NCBI GenBank assembly: GCA_002269645.1
Contig: NIVC01000671.1
Coordinates: 1 to 64,000, forward strand
Source of the DNA: Macrostomum lignano
Taxonomy: Eukaryota
Direction of reading: 5' to 3'
DNA: 64,000 nucleotides
Shown here: piece by piece, positions 10,476 through 22,400 of the stretch
Layout: every line of letters begins with the position of its first letter
Position numbering within the stretch: position 1 is the first letter of the stretch
Translations under genes and position numbers: made by a program
The notes under the pieces: generated by a model
What the model was told of the DNA's origin: nothing
The model's input: the letters and a program-made list of their open reading frames with translations, nothing else
Database searches by the model: none

Positions 10476-13400
10476 TTACTCAGCAGTCGGCTTGAACCCA
10501 CAGGCGCTCATCTTCTCGCGGAAGTCAGCGACCTCCCGGCGCCGGAACTCCTTGACGGCCGCCGCATCGGCCGGAGGTTCCCCGGCCGTCCGCTCGTACA
10601 GCCGAACCACCGTGATGTGCAGCGCCGCCAGCTGCAGGTCCGCGAACTGAAAGGGACACGTCGGATCAAAGTTTATCACGACACCACTCTTCACTACTGT
10701 AAGTAGCAGTCAGTGCCTAGACTTGTCTCAACTGACACTGAAGCCTTGCCAATACTAGCTCAACTCCCAGCTCACCAACAAGCTCAACTCCCAGCTCACC
10801 AACAAGCTCAACTCCCAGCTCACCAACAAGCTCAACTCCCAGCTCACCAACAAGCTCAACTCCCAGCTCACCAACAAGCTCAACTCCCAGCTCACCAACA
10901 AGCTCAACTCCCAGCTCACCAACAAGCTCAACTCCCAGCTCACCAACAAGCTCAGCCCTCAGCTCACCAACAAGCTCAACTCCCAGCTCACCATCAAGCT
11001 CAACTCCCAGCTCACCAACAAGCTCAACTCCCAGCTCACCAACCAGCTCAACTCCCAGCTCACCAACAAGCTCTCCGAATCGCCGTCGCCGTTGCACTGC
11101 CTGACCTCGCCGTTCTTCGAGTAGCAGAAGACGCTGTCGAGCGGGTGCTGCGGCCCGCAGCCGTAGTCGAACTTGCGCAGCTCGGCGATGCTGCGGCTCC
11201 GCGAGGCGTTCCAGTGGGTCACCGCAATCTTGACAGCCTCCAGCTGGTTCTTGTAGACAGCCGTGGCCTCGTCATCGGCCGTGGAGTGCAGCGCCACCCT
11301 CACGCTGGCCAGGTGGCGGTACTTCCGGCGCTCCTCCAGCTGCTTCATCAAGCGCGCAGCCTCCGGACCGCAGCTCTGCTTGAGCAGCTCGACGAGGCGG
11401 TCGTCGGTGAGCCACAGCAGCGACTCCAGCGACTCCGGCTCGTCCAGTAGGTAGCGGATGGCCAAGCGGTTGACATCCGGGTCGTCACGGTGCGCCTGCA
11501 GGTGGCGTCGGGCGGCTGACAGTGCGTCCTGCAGGCTGCAAGGTGGTGAGGTGACCTGAGTCAATTGTCCTGTATTTCTGCTGTACTCAATAAAAGCTTA
11601 TCGTTAGCGATTTTTATACATGCGAATTTCTAATATTGCTACTGCTAGTAGAGCAGACTGAAAATTGGCGATCACAGGGAAATCCCTGTGACAGGGGACG
11701 GCATAATTCTTACACTTTCTCAAAGGCTACCGACTTCACGTGCTGGTAGGCCAGGTAGTGCTGCATCCTCCGCGAGATCAACAGGTTGATGTAGTCCAGC
11801 ACCTGTTTGTCCCTCAGGACCAGCAGCTTGCGGTTGCCGGGGCAGGGCAGCACCCGCAACAGCGACAGCTGCCGAGTCGCATCGAAGCGGTTGGGCAGCC
11901 CCAGGCTGAGCGCGTCCCGGTTCATGTAGTCCAGCTTGTCCACGTCGTAGCCCGTGCGCTTGTTGTTAACGACCTGCGGTTTCAGAAATGCCAGTTGGTG
12001 TCTGACCGAGACAGAGCTGATCTCCTGAGCTGATCACCTGAGCTGATCACCTGAGCTGACCACCTGAGCTGATCACCCAAGCTGACCACCTGAGCTGACC
12101 ACCTGAGCTGATCACCTGAGCTGATCACCTGAGCTGATCACCTGAGCTGACCACCTGAGCTGACCACCTGAGCTGATCACCTGAGCTGACCACCTGAGCT
12201 GATTTAGTGCTAACAAACTGAAAACTCCTATCTAGCTAATGCATTTTGCTGCGATTAACCGGCCGTCAAAGTTCGTCTACTGATAAGTAGAAAGTTTAGA
12301 GTGTGACGCAAAAAGCTCGCATGGCGGGCAAAGAAATGCCGCCATGCGAAAGCACAGGAGTGGAAGTTCTGTTCAGCCTGGCTAATGGGTGGAGTCCAGC
12401 CCGGGTTCGATTCCACTTTCAGCTCGCTGACAGCGAGTGTGGGGTCCTTCTACTTTTAGTCGTCCATGGATCGGCCATCATGGGTCACCAACCTCGAACA
12501 GGAATTGCTTCTCGGGTGGGATTCGCTCGGAGTCGCCACCCGGTCCGCCCCGGATGAGGTCGCAGACCAGCTGCTTGTGGGTCCAGTTGGGCCTCCAGCA
12601 GCGGTCCATGAACGCAGAGAATTCCATGGACTCCTGGTCCTGCCTGCTGGCGATGTCGGTCACAATGGACTGGAACACCTGCACGCTCATCGCCTCATGG
12701 TGATAGTCGATGCCGCAGGACTTCAGCAGCGACTCCCACAGGTGGGAGAACGGGCCGTGGCCGAGGTCGTGGCAGAGTCCCGCGATGGCCGCGCACAGCG
12801 CCTCGCTGTCCGAGAACTCCGACTCGGACAGGCAGCTGCGCAGCTTCTTGCCCAGCTCCCAGGCCAGGTGGTAGGTGCTGCGGGCAGCGGCAGGTGGCAG
12901 AACTAAACTGCTCAGCGCTTGGAGTCAGCAGAGCAGCGACTTCGATTCACGCAACATGCATTCACACAACATGCATTCACACAACTGGCAATCATAACCT
13001 GGACTCACACATTCACACTTAAAAATATACTCAGCCTGCATTCCCTTAGCCCGTATTCACACAGCCTCAAATTTACACAACATGCATTCACACAACATGC
13101 ATTCGTACAACATGCATTCACACAACATGCATTCACACAACATGCATACACACAACATGCATTCACACAACATGCATTCACACAACATGCATTCACACAA
13201 CATACAGTAGTACAATCGTACAACCTTGCATTCACACAACATGCGTTCACACAACATGCATTCACACAACATGCATTCACACAACATGCATTCACACAAC
13301 ATGCATTCACACAACATGCATTCACACAACATGCATTTGCACAAACAATATTCACGCAGCATAATTTCACACAAACCGCATTAATATTACAAGTATTCAC

Positions 13401-13723
13401 GCAACCGCATTCCCGCAACTAAGCTTCCATCGGGGCTGGAAATGGGACAAAGAAGCGACCCCGCTCACCCGAGGGAGTGCTCAAAGCGCGTCTTTGTTGC
13501 CGAGGGGTAGACCAAGTTCGTCAGGGCCAGCTGCTTGAGGTGCCGCAGCCGCTGGAACTGCGGCCGGTCCATGATTAGCTCGGCGAAGCTGTGCACCTGG
13601 ATGGTGCCGTGCACCGGGTCATTGATGGTCTGTGGATTGAGGCGGGTTCAGTTCAGTATAATATGTACTTTTTAAATGCATGCAGCAGCTGTACCTGCTC
13701 ACCTTCAGCGGTCGGAATTCCAT
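10476..13723 (-). CDS. SAMHD1: SAMHD1-like HD-domain dNTPase, copy B, intact, ~489 aa. Exons 13723-13703 (tentative start), 13629-13469, 12877-12493, 11973-11714, 11535-11064, 10646-10476.
   Basis: The spliced frame is continuous (1470 nt): MEFRPLK|TINDPVHG...[13 protein letters not shown]...RFEHSLG...[12 protein letters not shown]...YHHE...DVDKLDY...AYQH...VVRLY...stop. All introns are GT-AG with compatible phases. Confidence 0.93.
10757..11073. repeat. 24-bp intronic minisatellite (minus strand GAGCTTGTTG|GTGAGCTGGGAGTT), ~13 copies, containing the splice donor
   Basis: The first unit overlaps the end of exon 11535-11064 and the GT at 11063-11062. Confidence 0.95.
12013..12203. repeat. 13-bp intronic repeat CTGAGCTGA(T/C)CAC
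   Basis: Tandem copies in a SAMHD1-B intron. Confidence 0.93.
12948..13400. repeat. 15-bp intronic repeat CATTCACACAACATG, interrupted
   Basis: Tandem copies (TQHAF ORF). Confidence 0.92.
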
Positions 13724-16255
13724 AAGAGCTCTTTCAGCCGGTTCAGGATGATGGCAGCCAAATGAAATCTGCCACTTTCTGCACCGCTGCAGCCGGTTAA
13801 TAAACAGGCAGCGGCTGATGTAGCATTTTTAACCAAACAATAAAAACCTCGCAGCGGCAAGTGCGCACTGCGAGCAGCGGATCAGATAAAGCAGTCCAGG
13901 GCAGCGACGGGTGCAGCTATCTGTGACTCACTCTTCATCACCTCCAGAAATAAGAGAAAGAAGCTGCGCGTGCTCTGATTAAACAAACATGCAGCAGTGT
14001 TTAGGAGGCGCCTCTAGTGACAATTTTTCTCACGCTGCTGTGCTGCAATCAGCTGTGACTGTGGGATTCAAGTTGCAGGATATCACGAGTTCATGGTTCC
14101 ATATCGGAATCATCGGTCGAATAAACAGTGTTTGATGATGGCAGCATAGCGATTTATGCCAGATAAGCAGCCACACAAAAATTTAATGTTTATCAACCAT
14201 CCAATCTTCCATCATGAGTCTTTCAGCAGGCAGCAGCAGCAAATGTTAGATTTCCGAAGATATACGCACTGAGTTATGTGTACATTGCCTACAGTGACTC
14301 AGCCTTTTTAGCTCCATCTCAGTTTTGGCAATTTTTATAGCACACAATTTCTTCCTACTAATTGCTTTTATTCATTTGCATGGCCCAGAGCTTGGGTACC
14401 GCGATGATAAGATAATAAATTTATTTTAAACATTCCTCTGAAATAAAAAAATGAAATCCTTTCAACCGAAATCTTGTGAGTACGAGCTAGCGTCTTCGAA
14501 GTCTATAGCTATAGCCCATTTTCGCTCGTACATCAAAACTCAATAAATCCCTAACGTATACATTATTACCCTTGGACTAATATTGAACACGACAGTGTTG
14601 CTAGAGCAGAAGCTTGAAGGACATGAGATTGAGATCACCCAAGTGGGAAAAGTCGAAATGTGAATCGGTTCTGTCAGTGTGCTGTCCCTGAAGTGAAATT
14701 ATTTAATTTTAACATATCATAAAATAAGACATACTAACACCGCAAAATTAAATGGGTCACACTATAAAATATTGCCTTTCTAAGTTGCTTAAAAGTGTAC
14801 GTCTTTGTTTTTTTATTCCGAAATTTCAAATAATTTTATTTCTAAGAACTTAAAGCCAATGTCAGTTGCGAAGCTTTACTTAAAGAAAAATACTGACCTA
14901 ATTTGCCTAATTTGTAGGTAGGAAGAATGTAGAATGTATAATTTTTCATATTGCTGGGCTCTGATATTTAAATTCCTTTACAAAAAAATAATTTTGTTAA
15001 TAAACTCACCCATAAGTGTTTTTTATCGTCCCCACGCCTTTTTCTTTGATAAATTTCAGCTCTGCACAGCACTAGGCGCTTGTAGTTTCATAAATTTAGA
15101 ATAGTTATTTAAATAGGAGCATTTACTATTTGTTATTATGCTGTAAATTCAGATTCTTTTGTGTTTTAGTGCTCTGGTTGGATAACTAACTAGTGGCATT
15201 TGGCATTTGGCAAGTGGCCTAGTGGCATTTGGCAAAGAAAATCTTCTTTAGTTCTGTAGTTTTGAATTTTGGTTAATAGATGCTTTTAATTCTTTTTTCT
15301 GCTTCTAGTTCCATTTCTAATATTTATTAGAAGGCAAGTAGGCCCTAGCCCCTATACTATTAGTACTATTATTAGGCCTAACCAAGTATCAATTTTATAA
15401 AGTTGATTGAAATTGAAATGTATACTATGTGCAATATACAATAATGGGTTTTATTCAAGACATTTATATTAAGGCAATGTTAATTGAAGTAATATTGAAT
15501 AGAAAGCAATTTTTTCCACTATTATTCTTTTGGATTATAACTATAATTGTAGGCAAAAACTATGTCTACAGTCTATGGCCTCATTATTCTAATCATATCT
15601 TTTTCTATATAGCTAAATTTATATATTATAGACTATAGACTAGATAGACTAGTTATAGTTGGAGTAAGACACTAGAAAGAAGCTATAAATTGAGATATTG
15701 TATGAAATTAAAAAAATAGAGTCTTAAACCCCTATATATAAATAGAGTCATTGCAAAAAAAAGGCTGCAATGTAAATAGAACCTAACCTAGGCACTATTT
15801 GGATTAAGGTCTATTATAAATAGAAGTATGCCATGCCACTTATGACTGGACAATTTATCATGCAAATAAATGGAATAAATATTGAAACTAGAGGCATAGA
15901 CTTTAGGACTAAAAACCCAATGAACACTCTTTGTTTAGTGACTGCTCTCTATATTAATGGAATAGTAATGCAAATTTTAGTAATAATAATATTAATGATA
16001 AAAACTATTTCAAGAGGGCTGTGGGCACCCCAATGCATGGCCCCCTTTCTGTACATACTCACACACACTCATACACACACTCACACACACTCATACACAC
16101 ACTCACACACACACTCACACAGGGTGTGCAGCGGCCCTGGCTTTCTAATCATACTTCCTGCCCCCTTAAGATTTAAGCTATGATCATAAACATTTAGTAG
16201 CATACATTGCATTTGCCCTACAGACTACCAAGTAGCCCAAGCAGACCGCTACAAA

Positions 16256-17482
16256 ATGCTGCGCCCTACCACTATGAGCCCCAGTCGCCTCTTTAAACTT
16301 CTGCTGGCCATCGGTGGCTTTGCGGCCTGCTGTCTGGCGCTGCTGGCGCTGCTGGGCGGCGCGGACAGCAGCGGCTACCGACTGACAGCGGAGGAGGCGA
16401 CACAGCGGCCTGGCAGCCATCCGGGCGGCTGGAGGCGGCGGCAGCGGCCGCAGTTGCAGCCTCAGCCGGTGCGGGAGCTGCTGCCCTACCTCAGCGGCGA
16501 GTGCAGCGGCCGGGCGCCCTGCGTGGCCTTCGGCAGCCCGCTGTTCCACCGGTGGCGCGGCTGGCTGCCGCTGGTGGACACCTGGCTGGCTGGCGGGCAG
16601 GCCGACTGCGGATTCGCCTGCGAGTTCATTGCCGACGCCAGCGCGGCAGACGCCGTGCTGTTCCACGGCCGCGATCTGGAGCCGCGGCTGTCGCTGGGCC
16701 GCAGTCCGCAGCAGTTCTGGGTCTACGTCAACATGGAGTCGCCGCTGGCCACCCGGCGCTACGGCTACAACGTGGCGGCCGACCCGAAGTTCCGCTTCCT
16801 GTTCAACTGGACGGCCACCACCCTGCGGAGCAGCTCCATCCCGCTGGCCTACGAAGTCTGGGAGCGCAGGCGCAGCCCGCTGGCCCCGGCCGAGCAGCTG
16901 TACTCCGTCAGCAAGAAGCATCTGGCCTTCATCGCCTTCTCCAACTGCAAGTATTCGTTCAACAATCGGACAGCGAAAGTGGCCGAGCTGCAGAAGTACA
17001 TGGAGGTGCACGTGTACGGCGACTGCGGCGACAGGCGGCTGCCGAAGAATGCCACAGCGTTCAGGCAGCTGTCGGAGCGGTACCGCTTCTACCTAAGCTT
17101 CGAGAACGCCTTCTGCCGCGACTACATCACGGAGAAGCTGCACGCCAACGGCCTGCAGTCCAGCGCCGTGCCAGTCGTGTTCGGCGGCCTGTCCCGAGCC
17201 GAGTACGAGGCGGCCAGTCCGCCGCACTCATTCGTGTTCGCTCTGGACTTCGCCAGCATGAAGCAGCTGGCTGACCACCTCACCGAGCTGGCCGCTGATG
17301 AGGCCCGCTACTCCCGCTACTTCGACTGGAAACGGCACTACAGAGCCTCTCCCAGCTCTGCCATGCTGTGCGCCATCTGCCGCAAGCTGCACACCGACTC
17401 CGCCAGGTCTGTGGCCGACCTGACCGACTTCTCTGATGTGGCCGCCAACTGCCGGCCTGCGGACTTCCCCTACCTGCTGTGA
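16256..17482 (+). CDS. Alpha-1,3/4-fucosyltransferase (glycosyltransferase family 10), intronless type II membrane protein, 408 aa
   Basis: Single ORF with an N-terminal hydrophobic anchor (LLLAIGGFAACCLALLALL), a stem, NMESP, and the GT10 motif YRFYLSFENAFCRDYITEKL followed by VPVVFG and YFDW. Confidence 0.95.
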   Translation: MLRPTTMSPSRLFKLLLAIGGFAACCLALLALLGGADSSGYRLTAEEATQRPGSHPGGWRRRQRPQLQPQPVRELLPYLSGECSGRAPCVAFGSPLFHRWRGWLPLVDTWLAGGQADCGFACEFIADASAADAVLFHGRDLEPRLSLGRSPQQFWVYVNMESPLATRRYGYNVAADPKFRFLFNWTATTLRSSSIPLAYEVWERRRSPLAPAEQLYSVSKKHLAFIAFSNCKYSFNNRTAKVAELQKYMEVHVYGDCGDRRLPKNATAFRQLSERYRFYLSFENAFCRDYITEKLHANGLQSSAVPVVFGGLSRAEYEAASPPHSFVFALDFASMKQLADHLTELAADEARYSRYFDWKRHYRASPSSAMLCAICRKLHTDSARSVADLTDFSDVAANCRPADFPYLL

Positions 17483-17888
17483 CTGCTCAGTGCTGAGCTG
17501 CCCTCAGATCCCCAATTTAAATTTTTAAATAGCTTCAACTGCGGCACGAAACAGACAGCCCCGCAGGCGGAGTTCCCATGATTTTGTTTGACTGGAACAC
17601 GGAGAGGTTCAGATTCAAAACCGTCACGCTGTGAAGTGCAGGCATGAATTCTTCTAAGCCCCAGCAGTTGCAGCAGCTTGCCTGAGATTTTAATCTCTCT
17701 CTCTTGTCAGTTGAATGCCAAACAAACTGCACAGCTCCTGCGCCCGAAGTTCTGCATGATAAGCCGCTGTCCGCGCTTGCGGCTGACGGATCGGCCTTAG
17801 GAATGTATTATGTAGTGATGTAGGAAAATTTGTGTAAAATACGCGCTGAAACGAATGTTATGAATGGCTTCTGAGCATTCTGAGGATG

Positions 17889-18297
17889 CAGGTGACTGAG
17901 GGTTTGAGGTGGAGTGCAGGTGTGTGAGGGTTTGAGGTGGAGTGCAGGTGTGTGAGGGTTTGAGGTGGAGTGCAGGTGTGTGAGGGTTTGAGGTGGAGTG
18001 CAGGTGTGTGAGGGTTTGAGGTGGAGTGCAGGTGTGTGAGGGTTTGAGGTGGATGCAGGTGACTGAGGGTTTGAGGTGGATGCAGGTGTGTGAGGGTTTG
18101 AGGTGGATGCAGGTGACTGAGGGTTTGAGGTGGATGCAGGTGACTGAGGGTTTGAGGTGGATGCAGGTGACTGAGGATTTGAGGTGGATGCAGGTGACTG
18201 AAGGTTTGAGATGGATGCAGGTGACTGAAGGTTTGAGGTGGAGTTGAGGTGACTGAGGGTTTGAGGTGGATGCAGGTGACTGAGGGTTTGAGGTGGA
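17889..18297. repeat. 27-bp minisatellite GAGGGTTTGAGGTGGA(T/G)..CAGGTG(ACT/TGT)
   Basis: Tandem copies downstream of the fucosyltransferase. Confidence 0.93.
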
Positions 18298-18951
18298 GAG
18301 CATGAATATGGAATCCCAGGCCTAAAAACCAGAACATTACAAATCCCAAAACCTAGATGACTTGATGACTCACAAGAGCTCAAAGCTGTACCGCTGTACC
18401 ATTAGTCAGTTCCATAAAGCCCCGCACACCGTCGCGCACTGCAGGGGGCCCCCAGCTGATAAAGGAGTTCTCAAATTCTTCAGACTGTGGGTTGCCGAAC
18501 TGAGGGACCTCGGCTGGTGGCTCTTATCAGCCGGACTCAGCGCGGTCAGGAAAGTGCTCAGAACTCGGCCCACAACCCTGGAGGTCAGCTGGACAGGTGC
18601 TAACAGGCAATGGAACCGCCGCACTGATTAAACAGATTGTCTCAATTTCAAAGCTAGAGACCTACCGTACTCAATTGAGCAGGTCGAAACAAATGATATT
18701 TCGCACAGAGACTTCGCACTCTTCAGCAGGGCGCTTTATTTTGCATGCAATTCTTAGCGTTGTGATGAGTCAAAAGCAGGCAATTTGGTTTGATCGCTGA
18801 GGAGAGAAAAAACTGATGCGGCAGTCTGGTGCTCTTAGCGGATCAGTGAATTTGAGCATGCGGCTGTGATAGGAAAAACCTATTTTAAAATATGCTATAA
18901 ATATAAGTCACATCGACTGATGTTCCGGTACAGTGAATTTCTGAAAAGGGA

Positions 18952-19430
18952 CGAGCGGGAGATGAAGCTGGAGGCTGCGTGGTCAGAGCTGGGAGCACAG
19001 ATGAAGCAGTGAATGAAGAGGAGCGGGAGATGAAGCTGGAGGCTGCGCGGTCAGAGCTGGGAGCACAGATGAAGCAGTGAATGAAGAGGAGCGGGTGATG
19101 AAGCTGGAGGCTGCAGGGTCGGAGCTGGGAGCACAGATGAAGCAGTGAATGAAGAGGAGCGGGAGATGAAGCTGGAGGCTGCGGGGTCAGAGCTGGGAGT
19201 ACAGATGAAGCAGTGAATGAAGAGGAGCGGGAGATGAAGCTGGAGGCTGCGGGGTCAGAGCTGGGAGTACAGATGAAGCAGTGAATGAAGAGGAGCGGGA
19301 GATGAAGCTGGAGGCTGCGGGGTCAGAGCTGGGAGCACAGATGAAGCAGTGAATGAAAAGGAGCGGGAGATGAAGCTGGAGGCTGCGGGGTCAGAGCTGG
19401 GAGCACAGATGAAGCAGTAAATGAAGAACA
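18952..19430. repeat. 68-bp tandem repeat, ~7 copies, just 3' of the TRP stop codon
   Basis: Period 68 measured (19141 to 19209). Confidence 0.93.
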
Positions 19431-19490
19431 GCGGGCGAATGCCAGGCAAGATGCATGAGGGCCTCAGTAGCGCGCCAGCAGAGGCGGGTG

Positions 19491-22400
19491 TCAAAGGGGG
19501 TCACGGGCCCTCCTCGCGGCCCTCCTCAATGTAGGGCATGGCCAGGACGGACGCCCGCTTGTTGCTGATGTTGCTGGGCCTCGGAGGCTGATGGCCTTGA
19601 GCTCCTTGACCAGCGACTCCAGCTGCTTGACCGTCTCTTCAATGCGGTCGAATCTCTCCATCCGCTCGTTGAGGGCGTTCACCTGCTGGAAGATGATCTT
19701 GTTGCCTTCGTCCAGGTCCTCCTCGTCCAGCACCACGCCGTTGAGGGACGAGCGGCGGTTGCGGAAGGCCAGCGCCTGCGGGGCCGATCGAGTGGGTAAA
19801 CAGGTGGGCATCCTTGCAGGTATCCTAGGTATCCTTTACAGGCATAGAATGTGCACCTGTTCTGACTGTACAGGCACAGAATGTGCACCTGTTCTGTCTG
19901 TACAGGCACAGAATGTGCACCTGTTCTGGCTGTACAGGCACAGAATGTGCACCTGTTCTGGCTGTGCAGGCACAGAATGTGCACCTGTTCTGGCTGTGCA
20001 GGCACAGAATGTGCACCTGTTCTGGCTGTGCAGGCACAGAATGTGCACCTGTTCTGGCTGTGCAGGCACAGAATGTGCATCTGTTCTGTCTGTACAGGCA
20101 CAGAATGTGCACCTGTTCTGGCTGTACAGGCACAGAATGTGCACCTGTTCTGGCTGTGCAGGCACAGAATGTGCACCTGTTCTGGCTGTGCAGGCACAGA
20201 ATGTGCACCTGTTCTGGCTGTGCAGGCACAGAATGTGCACCTGTTCTGGCTGTGCAGGCACAGAATGTGCACCTGTTCTGGCTGTGCAGGCACAGAATGT
20301 GCATCTGTTCTGACTGTACAGGCACAGAATGTGCACCTGCTCTGATCGCGGACTTTGGGAATCACAGCCCAGCCCGGCTCACTTGGTAGTACAGGCTGAG
20401 CAGGTACACCTTGCAGTCGTGCGGGGTGTCCCCAGCTGACGCGGGGGCTGCGGAATTCACCGCGGCCTCGGCGGCAACAACGGCAGCGGCGGGCTGCCCG
20501 CGCTGCTCCTCACCGGCGCCGGAGCGGCGGCACAGTCGGCGCCAGACGAAGGACGCCAGGTTGCGCAGCTCCGACAGGATGTTGAAGGGCGGCGGCAGCG
20601 CCGACCTGGTGTTGAACTCCTCGATAAGGTCGAACTTCTCAAACTGCCACATGGCCTTGGACTCGCTGTCGATGGCGTCGATGGTCTTGCTGAACATGGC
20701 GACGATGACGTTGAGCAGCAGGATCTGCATCACCACGATGTACAGCACCATGTACACCGTGGGCACCAGCACCGCGCCAATGGGGTGCACGCAGTCGGGC
20801 TCATCACCATCGTTTATGTTCGGCCCGGTGATGTCGCTGATGTTGCAGGGCACGAAGTTGTCGAGCCCGTACTCGCCCACGATGGCGTAGAAGGTGTTGC
20901 GGAACATGCCGAGGATGATCTCGCTGGCGCTCTCGCGACCTTCGGTGCCGGTGCTCTGGATGGACTTGCCCTCGGGGTATTGCAGCGCCTGCGCCGTGGC
21001 GGTGGGGCGGTGGGCTGGTGGCGGCTCTGAACTGGACTGCGGCTCATGGAGCAACAGCGGGTCTCCGGGCAACAAATAGAGATTCACGCACTCCACACCC
21101 ATTAGCACCCATTAGCACCCATCAGAACCCATTAGCACCCATTAGAGTCCATTAGCACCCATTAGCACCCATTAGAACCCATTGGAACCCATTAGAACCC
21201 ATTAGAACCCATTAGAACCCATTAGCACCCATTAGCACCCATTAGAACCCATTGGAACCCATTAGAATCCATTAGAACCCATCAGAACCCATTACCACCC
21301 ATTAGCACCCATTAGCACCCATTAGCACCCATTAGAACCCATTGGAACCCATTAGAACCCATTAGAACCCATTAGAACCCATTAGAACCCATTAGAACCC
21401 ATTAGAACCCATTAGCACCCATTAGCACCCATTAGAACCCATTAGAACCCATTAGCACCCATTAGCACCCATTAGAACCCATTAGAACACATTCTGCACC
21501 CATTAGCACCCATTAGAACCTATTAGCACTCATTAGAACCCATTAGAACCCATTAGAACACATTCTGCACCCATTAGCACCCATTAGAACCCATTCTGCA
21601 CCCGTTAGCACCCAATAAAATATTTGTTGTAATAAGTTGTAAAATATAAATGTAAAATTAGTTCTAAAATATTGCTCGTAATAGTTGATATTCTCCTTTG
21701 CTATTTTCTCGACAAGCACGGCAACGAAGGGATTCCCCAAGGCACGCAGCTGGTCCCCAATGCCCAGTGCAGCACAGCTGGTCCCCAATGCCCGGTGCAG
21801 CACAGCTGGTCCCCAATGCCCAGTGCAGCACAGCTGGTCCCCAATGCCCAGTGCAGCACAGCTGGTCCCCAATGCCCGGTGCAGCACAGCTGGTCCCCAA
21901 TGCCCAGTGCAGCACAGCTGGTCCCCAATGCCCAGTGCAGCACAGCTGGTCCCCAATGCCCGGTGCAGCACAGCTGGTCCCCAATGCCCAGTGCAGCGCA
22001 GCTGGTCCCCAATGCCCGGTGCAGCACAGCTGGTCCCCAATGCCCAGTGCAGCACAGCTGGTCCCCAATGCCCAGTGCAGCACAGCTGGTCCCCAATGCC
22101 CGGTGCAGCACAGCTGGTCCCCAATGCCCAGTGCAGCACAGCTGGTCCCCAATGCCCAGTGCAGCACAGCTGGTCCCCAATGCCCGGTGCAGCACAGCTG
22201 GTCCCCAATGCCCGGTGCAGCACAGCTGGTCCCCAATGCCCGGTGCAGCACAGCTGGTCCCCAATGCCCAGTGCAGCACAGCTGGTCCCCAATGCCCGGT
22301 GCAGCACAGCTGGTCCCCAATGCCCGGTGCAGCACAGCTGGTCCCCAATGCCCGGTGCAGCACAGCTGGTCCCCAATGCCCAGTGCAGCACAGCTGGTCC

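Noticed and set aside
9319-10706. (EAVS)n, (TASL)n and (LVRL)n ORFs
   Set aside because: Translations of a 12-bp satellite in several frames.
16256-17482. Bacterial horizontal origin of the intronless fucosyltransferase
   Set aside because: It has a eukaryotic type II Golgi anchor and stem, and its codon style matches neighbouring host genes.
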